Notes under the pieces: model-generated
Told to the model about the DNA's origin: nothing
The model's database searches: none
The model's input: the letters and a program-made list of their open reading frames with translations, nothing else
In this document: piece after piece, positions 57,187 through 64,000 of the stretch
Position numbering within the stretch: the first letter of the stretch is position 1
Layout: each line of letters begins with the position of its first letter
Program-made: the position numbers and the translations under genes
Source of the DNA: Calditrichia bacterium
Lineage (GTDB): Bacteria > Calditrichota > Calditrichia > JAJRVZ01
Direction: 5' to 3'
Length of the DNA stretch: 64,000 bases
NCBI GenBank assembly: GCA_963796965.1
Contig: CAWCNS010000016.1
Coordinates: 256,001 to 320,000, forward strand

Positions 57187-57678
57187 ATGAAAAGATTATG
57201 GGCCCCGTGGCGCCTCGAGTATATAAAGAATGCACAAGATAATGGGGAAGGTTGTATATTCTGCCTCAAACCCGGTGAGTCCAGGGATAAGGAAAACCTC
57301 ATTGTTTATCGTTCCCACCACTGTTTTGTAATAATGAATAAATATCCTTATAACAATGGGCATATCATGGTTGTACCTTATCTCCACGAGTCTGATTTTA
57401 CCAGTTTCTCAGATGAGATCCTGCTCAATATCCAGCACATCATTCAATTATCTGTAAAAGCACTTCAAAATTCAATGAATCCACATGGTATTAATGTCGG
57501 TATTAATCTTGGTAGGAGCGCCGGTGCGGGAATAGTTGATCATCTACATTACCATCTTGTACCACGCTGGGATGGCGATACCAATTTTATGCCAGTCCTG
57601 ACCGGAACGAAAGTTATTTCTGAAGGTTTGACCGAATCGTGGGAAAAACTGCAAAAGGCATTCAGAGAAATTTCTTGA
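57187..57678 (+). CDS. HIT family protein (Ap4A phosphorylase-like)
   Basis: LWAPWR, CIFC, NKYPYNNGH, HLHYHLVPRW. Confidence 0.9.
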   Translation: MKRLWAPWRLEYIKNAQDNGEGCIFCLKPGESRDKENLIVYRSHHCFVIMNKYPYNNGHIMVVPYLHESDFTSFSDEILLNIQHIIQLSVKALQNSMNPHGINVGINLGRSAGAGIVDHLHYHLVPRWDGDTNFMPVLTGTKVISEGLTESWEKLQKAFREIS

Positions 57679-57893
57679 ATCTGTAGAATTCTTCGAGGCT
57701 TTGCCTTTGGGTTTACTATTTCTCCCTATCCTTTAGGAGAGGGTTGGGTAGAGGTAAATAGATGAAATTTTGTTTTTCGATATTTGTGTCGAAATATAAC
57801 TGGCGAAATACTACAATAGGCATCAGGTATGGTCAGTTTTAAAGAATTTCTTTATTCAAATTGACCTGATAGTTATTTCAATAATTTAAACAT

Positions 57894-59130
57894 ATGATAA
57901 CACTTATAAAAAACATCGGACAACTGTATAGTGTTGATACCAAGGGTGGTTATGGCGATTATATAAATTATAGTGACTGTGCAATCGTCCTTGAGAATGA
58001 CATTATCAGCGATATCTATCAGAATCCTCAACCAAAAATAAGGAATGCTGATCGAACAATCGATGCCGGAGGGAACACAGTTCTCCCGGGTTTTGTCGAT
58101 GCCCACACCCATCCGGTTTTTTGGCAGACACGGGAATCTGAATTCATTATGCGTATAAGAGGCATGTCCTATGAGGAGATTGCTAAAGCAGGAGGTGGGA
58201 TCAGGAACAGCTCACGCAGTTTTCAGAAAGCTTCTGAGGCGCAAATCAAAGAGGTTACCCGGGACCGAATCCGGACTTTTCTTGAATATGGTACAACAAC
58301 GATTGAAGCTGAAAAGTGGTTATGGCTTGTCTTTGAAAAGTGAGTTAAAAGCATTGCAGATTATCGCTGATCTCAACAAGGAGCAGGCATTGGAGATGAT
58401 CCCCACATTTTTGGGTGCCCATGAAGTACCGGATGAATATCGAAACAACCGCAATGAATATATCAATCTGGTGGTTAATAAAATGATTCCGGAAGTGGCT
58501 GAAAAAAAACTGGCCCGCTATTGTGATGTATTCTGCGAAAAAGGTGTTTTTACCCTCACTGAGACCAAATTGATTCTTCAAAAGGCTTTGGAACACGGAC
58601 TCCTGGGAAGAATTCATGCTGATGAATTACATGCCTTTGGAGCAGCTGAGTCTGCAGCTGAAATGAGTACAGTTACGGCCGATCATCTTGTAAAAACTTC
58701 TGACACAGGTATCCGGATGATGGCGGAGGCAGGTGTGATCCCTGTACTATTACCTGCCACTACTTTCTTTCTAAGGAAAGACGAATATGCACCTGCAAAA
58801 AAAATGCTTTCCGCCGGTTGTGAGGTAGCTCTTGCTACAGACTTTAATCCGGGTAGTTCAATGACACAAAGCATGCAACTTGTTTGGACTATTGGGGCTC
58901 TTAAACTTGGTATGTTGCCCGGAGAATTGTTATGGGCAACTACCTATATTCCGGCAAAGAGCTTACAAATGGGTCAACAGGTTGGCAGTATTGAAAGAGG
59001 AAAACAAGCAGACCTGATTCTCCTGAATATCCCAAACCTTGATTTTCTGGCTTATCATATGGGAATAAATCATGTGATGTATACAATTAAAAAGGGATTG
59101 ATTGTATACAAGCAAGATAATCTGCTATAG
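57894..59130 (+). CDS. hutI: Imidazolonepropionase; apparent frameshift near 58310
   Basis: PGFVDAHTHPVF, GTTTIEA-KSGYGL, DVFCE, HADEL, ADHL, LATDFNPGS. Confidence 0.92.
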
Positions 59131-59759
59131 AGTCTACCTAGTTTAAATAATTTATATATTTATGTGGCCAACGAAGAATGACAAAAAGTAGTAGTTGCTC
59201 CTGGCTGGAACCTGCAAAGATTTATCTGATTCACTTTATACATTGTTATATATATTCCTTCAATTCATTTTCTTTATATTAAAAATTATTATTAATAGAT
59301 ATACTTTTCTGGCGTCTTTTAATATTATTCTTCAGAGATTTTTGTTGATTTGTGATCTTCCTGACAATTTCATACAACCGATCTATATTCTACCCGTATA
59401 ATAATATAAATTAAAAACAATCCTGCAGTTTTACATATGGTGAAGGTTCTGTCATTCTGTCCCGGATTTCAATAGGGATAAGTCATATCATGTAAATGCA
59501 ATGAAAAAAAATGCGTGGCACGTCACAAGGCACCTGAACGGAGATTGAAAATCATTGATACTAAATCAACAAAATAAAAGGATAATACGGATCAATTTAG
59601 TTATAAAAGGTTAATTGAAATTTATCCATCTTGGGAAGTGTAAATTTAGAAATTGCAGGTATCTTGTGTGACTTTATGGCAGATTGTATCTTGACTTTAC
59701 AGGGGGCATTTGATAACTTCAAATAAAATTAAATCACCTACTTTAACATATGTTTACTT

Positions 59760-60916
59760 ATGACTGATCAAAAACCAGATAAATATAACGATATAAAAAA
59801 TGAAATTGGCATTTACGGCGAGTCACCCGAGATTGAGGAAATGTTACGGATCGTTGGTACGGTTGCCCCCACGGACCTCTCGGTACTAATAAACGGAGAA
59901 AGTGGAACCGGAAAAGAGTTAATCGCTCGTGCCTTACACAACCTGAGTACACGGAAGGATAAACCCCTGATATCTGTAAATACCGGAGCAATTCCGGAGG
60001 GGATACTAGAAAGTGAGTTGTTTGGCCATGAAAAAGGATCGTTTACAGGAGCTATTGGTCAAAAAAAGGGTATTTTGAAGCTGCTGATGGTGGAACGATC
60101 TTTTTAGATGAGATTGGAGAGATGCCGCTTAATACACAAGTTAAGTTGTTGAGAGTATTGGAGGAATCGGAATTTATGCGTGTTGGAGGTACCCAGTTAT
60201 TTAAAGTAGATGTTCGTCTGGTAGCAGCAACAAATAAAAATTTGGAAAATGCTGTTAAGAATGGTGAATTTCGTCAGGATCTTTATTTCCGCCTCAAAGC
60301 CATTACAATCGATATTCCCCCACTGAGGCAGCGACGGGAAGACATCCCTCTTTTGGTTTCTTTTTTTACTAATAAGTTTGAGGAAGAACAAAATCATTCA
60401 TTCAAAGGTTTTTCACCCGAAGCTTTACAGCTGATGAAGGAATATGATTGGCCTGGAAATATCAGGGAGTTGCGGAACTTTGTTGAGACCTCTCTGATAT
60501 TGAATAAGGGCGAAGTTGTAAACTCTACATACGTCAGTGCTAATTTGAAGCTCAGAGGAGATTCAAGAAATCTGCCGGTACCGCTAAACCGGCCTCATGA
60601 TCAGGCAGAGCGTGAATTAATTTATCGCACACTTTGGGCACTTAAACTGGATGTTGATGAGATTAAAAATATTTTATTAGAAATTCAGGGACGCAATTTT
60701 AGCACAGACAATCTTTCTGACATGTCGTCTATCGGGGAGGATGCAGTTTCGGACCCTGATGGTTTTGAACTAAAACCGATGACCATTGCTGCAATGGAAA
60801 GAGACATGATAAAAGATAATTTACGAAAGTTCGATGGTAATCGAAGAAAGACCGCGCGTGTCCTTCAAATCAGTGAAAGAACATTATACCGGAAAATAAA
60901 AGAATATGGCTTGTAA
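59760..60916 (+). CDS. Sigma54-interaction-type AAA+ regulator with Fis HTH and no sensory domain; apparent frameshift near 60068
   Basis: GESGTGKE, ESELFGHEKGSFTGA, FLDEIGE, FRQDLYFRL, WPGNIREL, ISERTLYRK. Confidence 0.9.
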
Positions 60917-61403
60917 ATCACTCATTTTTTCTATCGGATTATTTATCACTATCTATGGTGTCGGATGTGTATATTCATTTGGTGGATCTATTCCTTCTGA
61001 TGTTACTAAAATAGCAATCCCCTTATTTGATGACAATACTTCCTTCCCGGGGGTGCGGGAAGATCTGACAAATTTGGTTATTGATGCATTTATCGCCAAC
61101 AATATTCTCCAGGTGGTAGGTGAGTCGGAAACGGACCTACTGTTAACAGGAACCATTCTCTCAATAAGACAGCAAGCAGCGATCATTACAACCGGTGAAG
61201 AGGTTGATCAATTTGATGTCTATGTAAATGTGAAGGTTAAGTGTGAGCATTTGAGCTCCGGGAAAGTGTGGTGGGAGAAAACGCTGCGCCGTTTTGGTAC
61301 CATGTCTGGGGCGGGGACTCAGGCAGATCAGCAGGAAGCCATAGGTGTGGCGATACTGCAAATAACAGATGATATCCTCAATAATACATTAGCTTATTGG
61401 TAA
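60906..61403 (+). CDS. lptE: LptE family lipoprotein
   Basis: Lipobox GVGC-VYSF; IAIPLFDDNT; LLLTGTI; C-terminal W. Confidence 0.75.
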   Translation: MACKSLIFSIGLFITIYGVGCVYSFGGSIPSDVTKIAIPLFDDNTSFPGVREDLTNLVIDAFIANNILQVVGESETDLLLTGTILSIRQQAAIITTGEEVDQFDVYVNVKVKCEHLSSGKVWWEKTLRRFGTMSGAGTQADQQEAIGVAILQITDDILNNTLAYW

Positions 61404-61406
61404 TAG

Positions 61407-62869
61407 ATGATTCAATATATAATATTAAATATATATCTTGTATGTTTGGGTATAATTGGTATATTCTCAATAGAAGCGCTGTATCTTACCTTCAAATTCT
61501 GGCAGGGTTTAAAGAGAGAAGGTTTACAGAAAAAGAACGAATCACTACCAATTGTTACGGTCCAATTGCCGATTTATAATGAACAATACGTAGCAAAGAG
61601 ATTGATACATTCTGTCTGTTCTCTCACATATCCAATCGATAAACTTCAGATCCAGGTGCTCGATGATTCTACTGATCAAACCACTCACATATGTAAAGAA
61701 CAGGTAGATCTGTATAAAAAGAAGGGCTTTGATATTATCTATATACCCCGGGTTGTGCGCATCGGCTTTAAGGCAGGGGCTTTGCGCGAGGGTCTTGTAA
61801 AAGCAAAAGGAGAACTTATAGCAATATTTGATGCAGATTTTATGCCCGGCAAAGATTTTCTCTTAGATACCGTTCAGCAATTTAATGATCCACTGGTCGG
61901 AATGGTGCAGACACGTTGGGACCATCTTAATGAAGATTTCTCGCTTTTGACACGGGCACAGGCATTTGGGCTTTCTGGTCATTTTGTTGTTGAGCAAAAT
62001 GGACGTAATAATGCGGGATGTTTTATAAATTTTAATGGAACTGCCGGAGTATGGCGCAAAAAATGCATTGAAGATGCAGGAAATTGGCAAGATGATACGT
62101 TAACAGAGGATTTGGATTTAAGTACAGGGCGCAAATCAAAGGATGGAAATTTTTATATTTGAACGAAATTCCAACATTATCAGAATTGCCCGCGGAAATC
62201 AATGCTCTCAAAGGTCAGCAATATCGCTGGACAAAAGGAGCCATCGAGACGGCTCGAAAAATTTTACCTCTTCTCTGGAGGAGTGACCACTCTATATTTA
62301 AAAAAATTCATGGAACCTTTCATCTTCTTGGGAATCTGGTTTATCCATTCATCTTTTTATTAGCGATATTAAATTTACCGATTATACTGATAAAAAATGA
62401 AATGCCCCAAACAAGGATATATTTTGTGGTTTTTGCATTATTTATGCTTTCATTTGCATCATCGTTTATATTTTATTTACTTTCTCAAAAGGCGCTTCAT
62501 AAAGACTGGAAGACACGACTGTTAATGTTCCCTGTCTTTATGTCCGGTAGCATGGGGTTTTCTATAAATAATTCATGGGCAGTTATCCAGGGATTATTAA
62601 AAAAACGAACACCTTTCGTTCGTACACCAAAATACCATTTAGTAGGAAAAACGGGTACATTTAAAGGTAAAGGTTACAGCGCATCCATAGATAAAATGGT
62701 GTATGTGGAAATAATAATGGCTGTTTATAGCTGTATTGGTGTGCTTATAGCCATTTATTATCTTGAGTTAGGCATTCTACCCTTTATGATAATGTTTTTA
62801 ATTGGATTTTCTATCACTGGATTTTTATCAATAAGTCATTATATTAAGATTAACTATAGGAGAGCCTGA
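61407..62869 (+). CDS. GT2 glycosyltransferase (cellulose synthase-like); apparent frameshift near 62127
   Basis: VQLPIYNE, VLDDS, FKAGAL, FDADF, TLTEDLDLS, QQYRWTKG, FVRTPK. Confidence 0.9.
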
Positions 62870-62870
62870 A

Positions 62871-64000
62871 TTGGAAATTTCCGAAGATTCAATTAGTATG
62901 CCTGGCGGAGATATTCTGTTTGCCCGCCTCGCTTATAACTTGCTGGAATCTGGTGATGTTGAAGAGGCGACCAAGATTCTCGAGAAGGGTTTGCGGGCTT
63001 ATCCATCATATGCACAGGCACATTATATTCTGGCCAAATGTTACATGAAACAACATTTAACGGATGAGGCGCGTGCAGAACTGGAACGTGTTCTTCGTTA
63101 TGACCCTAACCATGGAAATGCGATAAAAGATCTTTCGAGTATGTACTTTTTAAATGGATTTCAGGATTTATATAAAGAGTATCTTTTAAAACTATTCACG
63201 CTTAATCCATTAAACGAAGAAATTGTTGATGAAGTTAAAAAGTTGGGCGAATACAAACTCTGGGCACCAGTGACAGAAAGTACTCCCCTGGCTGATTTAG
63301 CCAATACCAATTTGAAGGAAAAAAATATTCCTGAACCTGAGGAAGGGGCAGTAGTTGCACCTGAGATTCCAGAACAGGTGGAATCTAAGGACTACCCTGA
63401 ACCTATATTTTCCGCTAAAGTTGATTTGAGTCAGTTTGATAATGTACATGACGATTTTACAACGATTTTGCATGGAAATTTAGAACTTCCTCAAAAAAGT
63501 GTGATAATAGAAGATGAGGACCTTGATCTATTGAAAAGTAAAGAGGAAATATTTGGTGGGGAGGAAGAACCTGTTGAGATAACAGAATCTGCCCCTGAGG
63601 AAAGCCTCGAATCTATGAATGATATTTTAGGAGAAGATGAAGAATTAGTGATCCAACAGATTAAGGATACTGATGATCACCTCCTTATTTCTGATGATGA
63701 AGATAACATGCTTCCGGGGGATATCTTAAATACACCTACCAAAGAGGAAGAAGCAAATGAGGGGATATCTAAAGAACCGGAAATTTCACAAACCAGAGTG
63801 GAAGAAGACCAGGTTGATATAGATAATATCCTCATGGAAAAATCTGATTCAATGGGTCTCAAAAAAGAAAGACTTGCCGAGTCAGATCATCCTGTTGCAG
63901 ATTTTGACCACCTGCAGGATGATGAAGAAAGCAAATTCGAACAACCAAAGATTATAAGTCAAACTCTTGGTGAGATTCTGGTATCACAAAAAAAATATTC
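62871..64000 (+). CDS. TPR protein with a long acidic linker; partial, runs off the window
   Basis: Manual translation from TTG 62871 (AGGAG RBS): LFARLAYNLLESGDVEEATKILEKGLRAYPSYAQAHYILAKCY..., E/D-rich middle, IISQTLGEILVSQKKY at the window edge. Confidence 0.8.
   Translation, partial: MEISEDSISMPGGDILFARLAYNLLESGDVEEATKILEKGLRAYPSYAQAHYILAKCYMKQHLTDEARAELERVLRYDPNHGNAIKDLSSMYFLNGFQDLYKEYLLKLFTLNPLNEEIVDEVKKLGEYKLWAPVTESTPLADLANTNLKEKNIPEPEEGAVVAPEIPEQVESKDYPEPIFSAKVDLSQFDNVHDDFTTILHGNLELPQKSVIIEDEDLDLLKSKEEIFGGEEEPVEITESAPEESLESMNDILGEDEELVIQQIKDTDDHLLISDDEDNMLPGDILNTPTKEEEANEGISKEPEISQTRVEEDQVDIDNILMEKSDSMGLKKERLAESDHPVADFDHLQDDEESKFEQPKIISQTLGEILVSQKKY

Noticed and set aside
59516..59532. 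Sigma54 promoter TGGCACGTCACAAGGCA upstream of the AAA+ regulator
   Set aside because: The GG-to-GC spacing is one base too long and the TTGC element is missing.

Overview
AT-rich bacterial chromosomal window of mostly core/metabolic genes. The gene content (LptE, lipoproteins, RNase Y, large beta-propeller hybrid kinase) fits a diderm heterotroph, possibly Calditrichota/FCB-like; this is an inference. Many ordinary genes are split by single-base indels, most likely long-read consensus errors, worst at about 19.8-22.8 kb. Contents: partial M4 thermolysin-like protease; nfnAB-like transhydrogenase interrupted by an inverted-repeat-flanked GxxExxY gene; pntAB; rny; ferredoxin; dodecin; a type ISP/IIG-like R-M protein with degenerate catalytic motifs; pepP; a five-gene P1B-6 ATPase/HMA2 cluster resembling ferrosome (fez) clusters; M16, M13 and CPBP peptidases; an exported thioredoxin-TPR protein with an in-frame TGA in a UxxC motif plus a SECIS-like hairpin (candidate selenoprotein, split by the ORF caller); gdh next to a PPDK_N-nucleotidyltransferase fusion; bioY; ahcY; an ArsR-cadA pair; a hybrid histidine kinase; an EF-G paralog; HIT; hutI; a sigma54-type AAA+ regulator; lptE; GT2; and a partial TPR protein. 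Intergenic regions carry several families of REP/MITE-like inverted repeats. No rRNA, tRNA, CRISPR array or transposase was seen.
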